Below are positions 10,861 to 20,689 of a stretch of DNA of 64,000 nucleotides, piece by piece. Source of the stretch: a virus (taxonomy: Duplodnaviria > Caudoviricetes); the IMG/VR virus record IMGVR_UViG_3300027917_004314; one strand, written 5' to 3'. The notes under the pieces are model-generated. The model saw nothing but the letters and a program-made list of their open reading frames with translations. It was not told where the DNA came from and did no database searches. Within the stretch, counting starts at the first letter, position 1. Every line of letters starts with the position of its first letter. Position numbers and translations under genes: made by a program.

Positions 10861-13800
10861 ATGGCTACAGTAGAGTATAAGTGTTCGTGGTGCAAAAATC
10901 CCATATCTGTAGAGGAAGACGAGAATGCCAACACTGACATTAAAGCCAGTGGTGTGTGCAGAGAGTGTGAGCTAAAACAATTAAAGGAGACAACCATTCC
11001 CATGACTAAGAGAAAGGTTTTTAGGTTTAGGGAAAGCGGCGTAAACGAATTGGCAGAAAAACTTGAAAATCGTTTGTCGACAATGATCGCTCGCGTTAGA
11101 GAGTTGGAATCAGAAAATGTAGCAGACGATTCGCTAGCGCCAGTGGCTTTAATGCGTTTGACTGAAATTAAAGATCCAGATGAACTTTTGAAAACATATG
11201 ATAGAGATGATATTATTATAGAGGAAAAGCTAGACGGATGGAAGGTTCAGGCCATCAAAAAGGACGGCGAGGTAAAGATATATAGTCGTAGAGGAGAAGA
11301 AAAGACAGAAAACTTTCCTGATATAATAAGTGCGCTTGGCAACCTGCCTGATGGCACGCTGGTAGAAGGCGAACTTGTATATTGGCACAACGGAAAACAA
11401 GATGTAGGAAAGGTTACATCGTTGGCTGGGAGTAAACCTGAAACATCGCTAGAAAAAGCTAAAGAGTTGCCCGGCACAATAAAAATACATTTGTATGACG
11501 TTCTATGGCATAAAGGAAAGAATGTTTCCAAAGAGTCTTTTTCTAAAAGAAGACAAACCTTGCAATCATGTGTTAAAACAAGCGATAGGGCACAACTAAC
11601 GAAACAATATCCATTTTCGGATTGGCAAAAGGCAATGAACGCTGCTGTTAAGAGTGGCGGTGAAGGAATAGTATTGAAAATCAAAGAAAAGGGCTATCAG
11701 TACAAACCAAAGGGACAGCAGGAACCAAAACCTAAAAATGTTATGTATAAATACAAGGGTGGTGTTGGGAAAAGCGAATCTGATGACTACGTTGTATATG
11801 ATTATGAAATAACAGAAAAGGGGAAACTTAAAGCCTTTTTTGGCCAGTATTATGGTGGCAAACTATACCATATTAGTGAGATTAGCAACTTTTCCAAGGA
11901 AAATGAAGAGACTATTAAAAATAAATTGAAAAAGGGTAATTTTGTAATTGAAATAGGATTTCAAGAGCGGCAGCCGGGAGGGCTTAGGCACCAAAAATTT
12001 GAGAGATTTAGAGATGATAAAAAGCCAAAAGACGCAACTATGCATGAATTTCATGTTGAAAACATAGATGAATTCAAAATGGCAGAAAAGAAAGCGTCAT
12101 TTTTATTGTCAAAAAGGGCAACTTATGCAGACGAATGGCTTAAAATTCTAGAGCAAGCTGTCATGCAACTATATCCCTCCGGCCTGCCACAAATTTCTGG
12201 TGTTGATTTTCCTGCCATATATTACTTGGTATCGAGGCTTGAATCAAACGATAGGAACGATGTAATTGGTGATGCTGGTAATTCATTTGGTAGAACTCAA
12301 GTACATGGCCCATATTTTATGAGATATCTTGCACAGGATCCCAGGATCAAGCATCTCACGGGTTTGTCTTCACAAGATTTAAAACAGATGGCTGACACGT
12401 GGATGCATACTAAAAGAAATCTCAGTGGTTTGTGGCAACAGGTACCAGTTGACCAAGACACGGCCAGGGCCTATATGGCCGATAAAAAGTTGGTGATCCA
12501 TAGAAAAGAAGGCACAACAATAAGGCGAAGTCCAACCAGTGGGCCGGGCATTATTAAGTTGCGTGGCGACAAATTTGTTGGATATATAATTAATTTGGAT
12601 AAGTTAAGACACATGGGACTTACGATTACCGACGGTGTGTTAAGCAAACTTCATCAAATTTGTAACACTTTCATAACTTGGGGCGTAGCTAATAGTGCTA
12701 TAGCTAAGCTATTTATTGCTCAGAAGAATCCTGTGGCACATGCAAAATTCCATAGGTCTTTTAACAGTAGAAATATAGGCAGAGACCCAGTTTTGCAATC
12801 CGTTATAGATAGTATTTCGCAAAAAGATTTTGCAAACAAGGTTAAGATAGTGACGTCTGATGTAGCCCGTTATGGATATGATACTACAGCGCCAGGAGCA
12901 TTTAATATATATCAGCTTATTTTTATAGCAAACGCTAGTGGTGCGGGTAGGGTAAGAGACTTTTTGCGCAATAGAAGGGCATTTGCTGCCGGTAACCTCC
13001 ATTACATCCAGAGTAGCAGATTTAAACGAGCCATGAGGTGGATTCAAAGAGACCCGAAAATGCCCGCCAATGTACAATACATTGCGCGACTCTTATTGAC
13101 TGATTTACCTCCGCAGGGTGGTATGGCCGGATTTGTTTCGCGAAAGTTCTCAAATATAGATTTTCCTCTAAGCAAAAAGGTCTATGCCAGCGAAGCAGAG
13201 GAAGAGTTTGAAAAAGAAGAAACCACTGATCCGGCAAAGCCATGGTTTATAATAGAACTAGAGGATGAATTTTTTACAAAGTTGCGCCAGCTAATAGGCG
13301 AAGATGCCACGGTGCTAATTATAGTAAGAAAAAAATTATCTGAACGTGTTGGCAAAGAATTAGAGGAATATGAGCTTATCCCGCTTTATAGGCAAGACAT
13401 TATAAAATACATTACGGAAAATGTAGAAGATATTAAGTCTAAATTGTTGAATCCAGATTACAATCCGTTTGTCGAATATCTGTTAAGAAATTGGGATATT
13501 AAGCTTATAGCTCCTAAGTCTGTCGCAATGCCTACGGAACTAGGGCCAACCGATAGAGACGATGAATTTTTTGAAGAAGAGACCAAACCAGAAGCAGTCC
13601 CGTGGCGGCCAAAATTGGGGAACCAATTGATTTCAAAGAGGGCTGATTATGTAAAACCGGGCACTTTATATTTCCCTGGACAATACGCTGATGCAATTAG
13701 ATCTGGCAAACGCAGGATGACCATAAGGCCAAATGATGTGCCTGTCCAAATTGACGAGGTAATAAGATGTATTACTTACTCTGGTGGAGTTATTTGTGAC

Positions 13801-16800
13801 GTCAAAATAGTTGCCAAAAATGTAATGAGTATTAATCGCATAGGTAAAGCTTATGGCAGTCGTATGGCTAAATCATTGGCACAAAAATTTGGTCCTAAGA
13901 AAAGATTTATAGTTATTAAGTTTGAGCCTGTAGATAACCTTAATGCTGCAGATGACGATGACGACAATAATGAAGAGAAAATGTCTGAAGTACTAATAGA
14001 CAAGGATAAAAAACTTACAAGAGGCCAAATTAAAACGCACTATTCGAAACCAGCGATTCGTAAAAAAATAATGTCGCGCATCAAAGACAACCCTGTGATA
14101 GTATATATCGGTACTGGTACCAACGAAAAGATCTTGAAACGCAATCATGATGGTAAGGAAATTATAATAACAAATGATGACCCGCAAAAAGACGAAGACT
14201 CTAACAATTATTTCTATTGGGTTAAAAGGAGAGTGTTGTCGTTTCACCAAGTGTTTGGCACTAAAACCAATTTGGGCTTCGTTGATTTAGACATACATGG
14301 AGACTTTCCTCTATCTAAAGCTAAAAAATATGCGAACGAAATCAGCAAGGCCATTAAAAATAAGTATAATGTGGGTACTACCATTTTTCAAAGCGGTGGT
14401 AGTGGTTTACATGTAGAGTTTAAACTCAGCAGCGAAATGTCTATAGACAAGCTTCGCGGCGAGCTTAAGAAAATGTTGGATGCCATTAACGAAGATTGGG
14501 GTGATGTGACAACTGGTGTTGTAAAAGGTAGTGGGATGAGATCTGATGTGTCTACCCTACATAATAAGGGTAGCATTAGAGTGCCGGGTTCTTTTGGTGA
14601 AAGTCACGGAAACGTGAAAAAATCAGTAGGTTCTGAACAAGATACTGCTGAGAACAATTATAACAATGGCGGCTTCGGACAATTATATACGCAAGAAATA
14701 ACCGAGCCGTTTCCAGATCCGCTAAAAGAGGTAGCCCCAATGCAGGGTGAGGGGCCAGTTGATAGTTATATAGGATATAACACCGTAGAGGACGGAAAAT
14801 TTGCCTCAGCTAAGAAAAAAGTACTTATGTTGGTGGCACCAAAAGAATTCTATGAGCCTGAGTATTTTATCCCTCGCAGAATTTTTGCGGAAAAATATGG
14901 TTTTGATGTGTCAGTAGTTTCTAGTGGCCATAGCGCTGTTGGTGCTCAAGGAACTGAAATTGCAGTAGTTCCAATATCTGAAATAGATGTGGCCGACTTT
15001 GATTCTTTCTTTGTGGTTGGCGGCAAAGGGATGGTGGAGTTTTCCAAAGACAAAGATGCACAAAAATTGCTGAAAACTTTTGTTCGTAAGAAAAAACCTG
15101 TAGCCATGATTTGCCATGGTCCACTTCTTGCTGTTGAAACTGGTATTATAAAGGGCAGACAAGTTACTGGGTGGCCAGATATTGTGGGCAAAGTACGCAG
15201 AGCTAAGGGTACCTGGACTGGGATGCCGGTAGAAAGAGACGGGCTGCTGTTTACTGCAATTGGCCCAGAAGACGCAGAAAACTTATCTATAGTCTTATCA
15301 GAATTTCTCAAAGGAGAAAAAACACTCGTTCCTGTGAAAGAGAAATTTCTTGATTGGAAAGAGGCCTCGCAGGTAATAAATAGTATTTGGAAATTTGCTG
15401 CTGGCCTAAGTGACGAAGAAGAGCTGGCCAGATTGATGAGAGAACAGCAAGAGGAAATAGAAGAAGAGGAAGAAGGGGAAGAAGAGAAAGAGGTCATGAT
15501 TCCTGAGGATAAGGAAGCGCTCATAGAAATGCAGCATCGAGAGGAGTTGCTCAGGAGACAACAGCAAATAGAAAGATCACGCGCTGAAAGGGAACGTCGT
15601 GAAGAACAGGAAATGGAAAGGCGTCGAGAATTGCCCGAAGAATATGAGGAAGAGGAACCCGAGCTAGAAAAACCCAGAGCAGTAAAGTTTAAGGATATCG
15701 TACAAATTGAGAAAGAAGAGGAAGAACCGCTGGCCGAAGAAGAGGGCCTGGAACCATCGGAAGAATTTAGCCGAATGTTATCCTCTGTAAAAGAAGAATT
15801 GTCTAGTATACTAGAAGATATTGGGGATTTTGGTGAAGACCCCAATATGGCAGAACCAGAAGAAGATGAAGAAGAAGATTACGAGTCAACAATGGAGAAG
15901 GCGCCAGAAACTATTTTTGGAATTAAACTAAAAAGTCCAACCGACAAATCTGGCCAAGTACTTGACCGATGGTTTGAGAAAAACGAAATTGTCATGCCAG
16001 AAATGTCCGAGGGGGCCAGGAAGCTATTTACAATAAAAAACATGAAAGATGGTGCTTCTTTAACGAAACTGTTTAGCGATCCTTTGGCATGGGATATCCT
16101 GCACGAAGAACCCCACCTGTTGCAAAATTGGATTTTGCCAGCTCTGATCGTGGGTATAGGACAAAGATGGTTCAACAACAATGGTAGTAGACCACAACTT
16201 GGTACTAAAAAATTTAAAAATGTTGGTAGAACGCCTTTTGGCATGTTTGATGAAGATGACCTAGCCCTTCTCAAAAAAGGTGCAACAATAGAGGAGCTGC
16301 CCAGTGCCAGGAAGTATATACGCATGATAAATCAGTTGGTGACCAAATATGCTAACTATTATTTCTCGTATGGGTATAGGAGAAGTAAAAGAAATCCACA
16401 AGGTGCTTTACCTATAGGTGGTTATATATATAAGGCCTTAGGAAGGGCTATGACTAAAGAAATTGCTGAAGTTAAAGGTTTCAAGGAAATAAGGTTTCCT
16501 GTTTGTGCTGTGTGTAAGGCAAAACAAAAGAACGAGAAAATGATTCTTCGAAGCATGGTTAAAGTCGCTGACAAACCAGCCAGATGGGAGTGTGAGACTT
16601 GCAAAAGAGAGCATGAAGCAAATAGTTTCTTAATTGATGAATTAGAACAAAGACTTAGGACAATAGAAGACAGTGCCGGTGGGCTAAAAACTAGAATAGA
16701 ACAAGATAAGGTTGCTGTAAAAGATTTGGAAGACGAAGAGGCAATCGAACGACTTACCAATAAAATTGAAGATCGGACCCAAAGGTTAACCTCGTTTATT

Positions 16801-19017
16801 ATAGAGTCTGATTCAATCAAGAAAAAACGTGACGAGTTAAATAATACGCAGAAAATATTAAGCGGACAATTAGCAGTTCCATATTGGCATACTTGGTGCC
16901 CGAACACAACTTGTCCCGGCCGCAAAGTGCCTCTCACTTCAATAAATTGGGACGCAGATGTGTGGAAAAGTGATGCCGAGGGTGCTTTAGCGGCTAGGTT
17001 ATATGAAAGATATGGTATTAAAAGACCTGGCATGATGGAGGCCGTTGATGAGCCAACTGCGAAGCCAATAAAAAGAAAAATCTCTTCGCAGCACATTCCG
17101 CCAGAATGGCTACTAGATGTAGAGTTTATATGTCCACATGATGGTATTAAATTTACGCTAAGGGATAGTAAATATAAGGGGCACAGAAATCTAGGCGGGT
17201 TTTTGTGGGAGCCATATCGAAGGTTGGAGTGGGCTACTATGCATGAAGCTGCCCCCAAAGAAGTAGAAGTGGCGATTGCTATGGCCGGCGCCGAAGAGAA
17301 AATGGATGCTGAGTTGTCAAAAGTACTTTTCACACATTTGTCCTTAATTGGCAGAACAGTTTTCTCGCGTGAAAAAAGGAAAAAAGATCAACAATTTGTA
17401 GAGTGGTTAACAGGTCAGCTCAAGTTACATAAGTACAACCTGGAAAAAGTTAAGCAAATTCCTATCTATAGCTCCAAGCAGAGAGAGAAAGTGTTGTATG
17501 ATATAATAAAAGATTCTTCTAATCTAGATCCTTTGTCTTTCGTGGCTTGGCTTACGGAGACTGCCATAGCTGGCAAGTTTGTTCAAGATAGAGAGAAAGA
17601 TATTGGCCAGGAAAACTTTGTACTAAAGACAACGAGAAATCAGCGTAGAGACGAGATATATATACCTATTTTACAAAATTGGGTTGACAAAATGCTTTCT
17701 GAAGAAAACGGATTTGAGAATTATAGAATAGAGGACATGTTAACCAACCATCTTGAAGATGGACTCTACGGTGATGGACCAGGAACTTTCTTTGTTGCAA
17801 AGATTGAAGATGGTGTGTTGCCACATAGGGCAACCAAGAAGCACGAAGGAGTGTTTGGCTTTAGATGCAATCTTATGCTTTCTGTGAAGTTTCCTGCAAA
17901 ACCAAAATATAGTGTGCCAATACATAAAGGCATTGAGGGATTTGAAGAAGAATATTTAGATGAGTTAGAACAAAAAGAAAGAATACGAGCAAGTAGGACT
18001 GCAGAGTCAGGTTTGTATCCTCGTATGCTGAGAGTTATTGGCGTGTGGCAGCTGTCACCAGGACAAGTTGAATCTGTTCTTAAACAAGCCAATGGCGAGG
18101 CGATGCTGAAAGGCGAAGCATGCATAGCGAAGGGTCCAGGTGGTACCGGCCTGCATACGTTTGCTTTAAACAACCAAGATAAAAATATAGTCGGCGATAT
18201 GGTTGGGCACGATTTTTATGTTGCTACACTAGATAAAGACGAGACATCTTTGTCTGTAGGAGATTATGTTCTGGTACAAGCTTTACTTATGCCAGGAGAT
18301 TACTGGTGGGCGCCAATTGCTATGGTCCAAAATCTAAGAAAAGAGAGCGACACAGCTAGAAATATCTTTGGTAGACTTGGTGCTCTAATATCTGACGAAG
18401 TGTCACCAGAAGAAGATAGAAGACTGCTGCAAGAATTTGTGCAGGATGTTAAGGAATATGGTGATGACCCGAAAGAAATGGAAATGATCGTTGGAGATTT
18501 AATTGATAGGTTTGAGGCAGCAAGAAAAAAGAAAAGGTCGTCGTTTATTCTTAGCGTTAGAGAAGCAAAAGATCCTCTATCAAAATATAAACAAAAACGA
18601 GAGTTTGATGAGACTCCTGAACCCGAAGGCGAAGTCTCTAAAGAGAATAAACATCGATTTGTGATTCAAAGACACGTAGCTGAAAAAGTTGGTGAACATT
18701 GGGATCTACGACTAGAAAACAATGAAGGTGCCTTATCGTCTTGGTCTATACCAAAACATAAGTTTCCTAAAGATAAAGAGAAACTGTTGGCCGTCAAAAC
18801 GGAAGACCATCCAATATCTTATATGAAATTTAAAGGAGAGATTCCGGAGGGCTACGGTGCTGGTAAAGTAGAAATTCATGATAGCGGCACATTTGAGGAA
18901 GTAGAATGGAACGACTCGAAAATAGTTTTTAAGCTTAAAGGAGAAAAAGAGAAAGGGACATATAAGTTATTTAGAACCGATGGGAAAAATTGGATGATCA
19001 TGGAACATTACGGATAG
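10861..19017 (+). CDS. ligD: 2718-aa polyprotein: ATP-dependent DNA ligase + lysozyme/SLT-like + ASCH + LigD primase-polymerase + DJ-1/PfpI + unknown Zn block + LigD 3'-phosphoesterase
   Basis: Ligase EEKLDGW (11221), EGEL, YDVL, EGIVLK, OB fold; LES..GD..S.G..Q and NASGAGRV (SLT-like); YADAIRSGKRRMTIR (ASCH); DLD, SGGSGLH (AEP); ICHG (PfpI Cys 15112); FVIQRH..HWDLRLE..EDHP..GYGAG (PE). Confidence 0.9.
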   Translation: MATVEYKCSWCKNPISVEEDENANTDIKASGVCRECELKQLKETTIPMTKRKVFRFRESGVNELAEKLENRLSTMIARVRELESENVADDSLAPVALMRLTEIKDPDELLKTYDRDDIIIEEKLDGWKVQAIKKDGEVKIYSRRGEEKTENFPDIISALGNLPDGTLVEGELVYWHNGKQDVGKVTSLAGSKPETSLEKAKELPGTIKIHLYDVLWHKGKNVSKESFSKRRQTLQSCVKTSDRAQLTKQYPFSDWQKAMNAAVKSGGEGIVLKIKEKGYQYKPKGQQEPKPKNVMYKYKGGVGKSESDDYVVYDYEITEKGKLKAFFGQYYGGKLYHISEISNFSKENEETIKNKLKKGNFVIEIGFQERQPGGLRHQKFERFRDDKKPKDATMHEFHVENIDEFKMAEKKASFLLSKRATYADEWLKILEQAVMQLYPSGLPQISGVDFPAIYYLVSRLESNDRNDVIGDAGNSFGRTQVHGPYFMRYLAQDPRIKHLTGLSSQDLKQMADTWMHTKRNLSGLWQQVPVDQDTARAYMADKKLVIHRKEGTTIRRSPTSGPGIIKLRGDKFVGYIINLDKLRHMGLTITDGVLSKLHQICNTFITWGVANSAIAKLFIAQKNPVAHAKFHRSFNSRNIGRDPVLQSVIDSISQKDFANKVKIVTSDVARYGYDTTAPGAFNIYQLIFIANASGAGRVRDFLRNRRAFAAGNLHYIQSSRFKRAMRWIQRDPKMPANVQYIARLLLTDLPPQGGMAGFVSRKFSNIDFPLSKKVYASEAEEEFEKEETTDPAKPWFIIELEDEFFTKLRQLIGEDATVLIIVRKKLSERVGKELEEYELIPLYRQDIIKYITENVEDIKSKLLNPDYNPFVEYLLRNWDIKLIAPKSVAMPTELGPTDRDDEFFEEETKPEAVPWRPKLGNQLISKRADYVKPGTLYFPGQYADAIRSGKRRMTIRPNDVPVQIDEVIRCITYSGGVICDVKIVAKNVMSINRIGKAYGSRMAKSLAQKFGPKKRFIVIKFEPVDNLNAADDDDDNNEEKMSEVLIDKDKKLTRGQIKTHYSKPAIRKKIMSRIKDNPVIVYIGTGTNEKILKRNHDGKEIIITNDDPQKDEDSNNYFYWVKRRVLSFHQVFGTKTNLGFVDLDIHGDFPLSKAKKYANEISKAIKNKYNVGTTIFQSGGSGLHVEFKLSSEMSIDKLRGELKKMLDAINEDWGDVTTGVVKGSGMRSDVSTLHNKGSIRVPGSFGESHGNVKKSVGSEQDTAENNYNNGGFGQLYTQEITEPFPDPLKEVAPMQGEGPVDSYIGYNTVEDGKFASAKKKVLMLVAPKEFYEPEYFIPRRIFAEKYGFDVSVVSSGHSAVGAQGTEIAVVPISEIDVADFDSFFVVGGKGMVEFSKDKDAQKLLKTFVRKKKPVAMICHGPLLAVETGIIKGRQVTGWPDIVGKVRRAKGTWTGMPVERDGLLFTAIGPEDAENLSIVLSEFLKGEKTLVPVKEKFLDWKEASQVINSIWKFAAGLSDEEELARLMREQQEEIEEEEEGEEEKEVMIPEDKEALIEMQHREELLRRQQQIERSRAERERREEQEMERRRELPEEYEEEEPELEKPRAVKFKDIVQIEKEEEEPLAEEEGLEPSEEFSRMLSSVKEELSSILEDIGDFGEDPNMAEPEEDEEEDYESTMEKAPETIFGIKLKSPTDKSGQVLDRWFEKNEIVMPEMSEGARKLFTIKNMKDGASLTKLFSDPLAWDILHEEPHLLQNWILPALIVGIGQRWFNNNGSRPQLGTKKFKNVGRTPFGMFDEDDLALLKKGATIEELPSARKYIRMINQLVTKYANYYFSYGYRRSKRNPQGALPIGGYIYKALGRAMTKEIAEVKGFKEIRFPVCAVCKAKQKNEKMILRSMVKVADKPARWECETCKREHEANSFLIDELEQRLRTIEDSAGGLKTRIEQDKVAVKDLEDEEAIERLTNKIEDRTQRLTSFIIESDSIKKKRDELNNTQKILSGQLAVPYWHTWCPNTTCPGRKVPLTSINWDADVWKSDAEGALAARLYERYGIKRPGMMEAVDEPTAKPIKRKISSQHIPPEWLLDVEFICPHDGIKFTLRDSKYKGHRNLGGFLWEPYRRLEWATMHEAAPKEVEVAIAMAGAEEKMDAELSKVLFTHLSLIGRTVFSREKRKKDQQFVEWLTGQLKLHKYNLEKVKQIPIYSSKQREKVLYDIIKDSSNLDPLSFVAWLTETAIAGKFVQDREKDIGQENFVLKTTRNQRRDEIYIPILQNWVDKMLSEENGFENYRIEDMLTNHLEDGLYGDGPGTFFVAKIEDGVLPHRATKKHEGVFGFRCNLMLSVKFPAKPKYSVPIHKGIEGFEEEYLDELEQKERIRASRTAESGLYPRMLRVIGVWQLSPGQVESVLKQANGEAMLKGEACIAKGPGGTGLHTFALNNQDKNIVGDMVGHDFYVATLDKDETSLSVGDYVLVQALLMPGDYWWAPIAMVQNLRKESDTARNIFGRLGALISDEVSPEEDRRLLQEFVQDVKEYGDDPKEMEMIVGDLIDRFEAARKKKRSSFILSVREAKDPLSKYKQKREFDETPEPEGEVSKENKHRFVIQRHVAEKVGEHWDLRLENNEGALSSWSIPKHKFPKDKEKLLAVKTEDHPISYMKFKGEIPEGYGAGKVEIHDSGTFEEVEWNDSKIVFKLKGEKEKGTYKLFRTDGKNWMIMEHYG

Positions 19018-19044
19018 CGGATGAATAGAAAAATCCAGGTCTTC

Positions 19045-19054
19045 CTACTAATAA
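19045..19054 (+). promoter_or_regulatory. Variant of putative phage promoter motif (CTACTAATAA)
   Basis: One mismatch to CTATYAATAA; intergenic, 45 nt before ATG 19100. Confidence 0.4.
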
Positions 19055-19099
19055 AGAAATATCAAATTGCATACTTAGCGATATTGGAGACTTCGAATT

Positions 19100-19399
19100 A
19101 TGGGTGTCGCAGAATTTATTGAGAACAAATTTATTGGCAAAATCCTCTGCATTTTCTTAGGTGAACATGCAGAAACCATCACATATGATCAGGCGTGGGC
19201 TGCAAATAAGGAATTTTTCAAAGGAATTGTACTCGACGTTACCGAAGGTGTTTTAACTCTCGATGTCCAAAACATAGGTGCGATTTATATAAATTGTGAA
19301 CAAATACAATCTTTTTGGGAAGAACCCTTTGATTACCACAGGGCAGTGCACACATCTATAACACGCAGATTAGTTGGAGCTAGGCGCAAGGACATATAA
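19100..19399 (+). CDS. Small beta-barrel protein (Sm/SH3-like possible)
   Basis: GGAG RBS; pattern KGIVLDV..GVLTL....GAIYINCEQI resembles an Sm-like fold. Confidence 0.55.
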   Translation: MGVAEFIENKFIGKILCIFLGEHAETITYDQAWAANKEFFKGIVLDVTEGVLTLDVQNIGAIYINCEQIQSFWEEPFDYHRAVHTSITRRLVGARRKDI

Positions 19400-19410
19400 C
19401 GGGAGCAAAT

Positions 19411-20064
19411 ATGAATGATAGTATCACCAAAATAGCCAAAATTGTTAAAAGAAAAGGCAAATGGTGTGTAATTGGGCATAAAAAAACAAAGGGGAAATAT
19501 CGCAATTTTGGTTGTTATGACTCAAAGGAAGAGGCAAAAAAGCGACTTGGGCAGATTTATTTGTTTAAATTAAAAAAAGCCGAGTTGTTGAAAACTCTAA
19601 TTCAGGTCTCCGACCAATTAGATAAGCGCGGCATCATCCATATTGCCGATGCACTTACCGGCTGTATTGAATCTATTGCTTCCGAAGATTCAGAAAACCA
19701 GTCTGTTATTAAGCTCGGCAAAATTATTTGTCTTTTAAAAAAGAAAGGGGAAAATGAACTAGCAGAAGCCGTTGATAATTTACTACCAGACGTCTTAAAG
19801 CTCGAATGTGTTGACTGTGATATAGAAATTCCCAAGTCCAGGAAAAGGATCTCTGCTCTAAGAGCTTACAACATAGTACAAACGCTTCATAGAAAATATG
19901 TTGAAGGTATGATAGACGAAAATTGTTTTGAGTATTCCAAAATGGAAGAACTAAGAGCCATGCTTAAAGAAGGGTTTTCATTTCCTGCGCCGCCATCATA
20001 TAATGCATTGCCAGAAGATGTCGACAATTGGTGGGATCATTTTTTAAAACGAGGTGACAAATAA
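19411..20064 (+). CDS. Internal head protein, basic N-terminal domain plus helical-hairpin tags
   Basis: KGKWCVIG..NFGCYDSKEEAKKRL N-domain; LIQVSDQLDKRG and LLKKKGENELAEAVD hairpin-like segments. Confidence 0.7.
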   Translation: MNDSITKIAKIVKRKGKWCVIGHKKTKGKYRNFGCYDSKEEAKKRLGQIYLFKLKKAELLKTLIQVSDQLDKRGIIHIADALTGCIESIASEDSENQSVIKLGKIICLLKKKGENELAEAVDNLLPDVLKLECVDCDIEIPKSRKRISALRAYNIVQTLHRKYVEGMIDENCFEYSKMEELRAMLKEGFSFPAPPSYNALPEDVDNWWDHFLKRGDK

Positions 20065-20328
20065 ATGGTAATTAACAAACTCTCCGATAAGGCAAAAGTG
20101 GCGCTGCTTGGAAAACTAGATGCCATTATAGAAAATGATCCTCAAATCGAGGCCGATGATTCTATGGTTCTGTTGGCAGAGTTGGCGGATAGATTAGACG
20201 CCGAAGGTTTTTGTGAAGCAGCTAACGAGATAGATGCACTTATCGAACAAAAGAATAAAAAACTTAAAAGACCTGGGCGAATGAAAGCTAAAGAAATAAG
20301 ACAAAAATTCGCCAAGAATAAAAAGTAA
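20065..20328 (+). CDS. Small protein consisting mainly of the helical-hairpin tag
   Basis: LAELADRLDAEGFCEAANEIDALI; TAAATG coupling to neighbours. Confidence 0.75.
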   Translation: MVINKLSDKAKVALLGKLDAIIENDPQIEADDSMVLLAELADRLDAEGFCEAANEIDALIEQKNKKLKRPGRMKAKEIRQKFAKNKK

Positions 20329-20685
20329 ATGGGAAACAATTTTAGGTTATCCAACAGAATAGAAAAAACAGTGCAGACGCCAGCTCAGCGTACAGCTGAG
20401 TCATTGTTCAAAATTATTCAATTTATGTTTTATAGAGTGCCCGATAAGAATAAAGCGAAATTTCTGTCAAGAGTTAGAGGAAAAATAGTTAAATTAAATC
20501 CGGGTGCTTTGGGAACAAAACCGTTGCCGCCAACAGCAGCAATAGGTCAGGCAATCGGGCTGGCTAAAAATCTATTATATGGCCTTAACCCTAATTTTAT
20601 TCAAGAAGTTTTATCGGAGTTGGTAAAACTGTTATCTACAACTCCGCAACCAATAAAGCCTCTACCGCCGAGTGCTGGGGCATAA
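20329..20685 (+). CDS. Hypothetical protein with N-terminal FRLSNRI motif
   Basis: 118-aa ORF, TAAATG coupling. Confidence 0.7.
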   Translation: MGNNFRLSNRIEKTVQTPAQRTAESLFKIIQFMFYRVPDKNKAKFLSRVRGKIVKLNPGALGTKPLPPTAAIGQAIGLAKNLLYGLNPNFIQEVLSELVKLLSTTPQPIKPLPPSAGA

Positions 20686-20689
20686 ATAT

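Noticed and set aside
14305-14325. FPLSKAK in the AEP domain (and FRLSKAR in the minus-strand HNH) as further FxLSKRA copies
   Set aside because: They lie inside folded domains rather than linkers; treated as chance matches.
14946-17333. Long minus-strand ORFs (14946-15845, 15879-16325, 16422-17333) and similar ones such as 26390-26926
   Set aside because: Ser/Phe/Leu-rich shadows of Glu/Lys-rich + strand genes; no RBS or motifs.
4861-19017. Stop-codon reassignment (TAG read-through code), common in some large phages
   Set aside because: TAG cleanly ends 2287, terL, portal and the polyprotein with the next gene starting just after; coding density is already high under the standard code.
4866-19017. 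Inteins in terminase or ligase
   Set aside because: No Cys/Ser...His-Asn-Cys/Ser/Thr splice junctions or LAGLIDADG blocks seen; catalytic motifs are contiguous.
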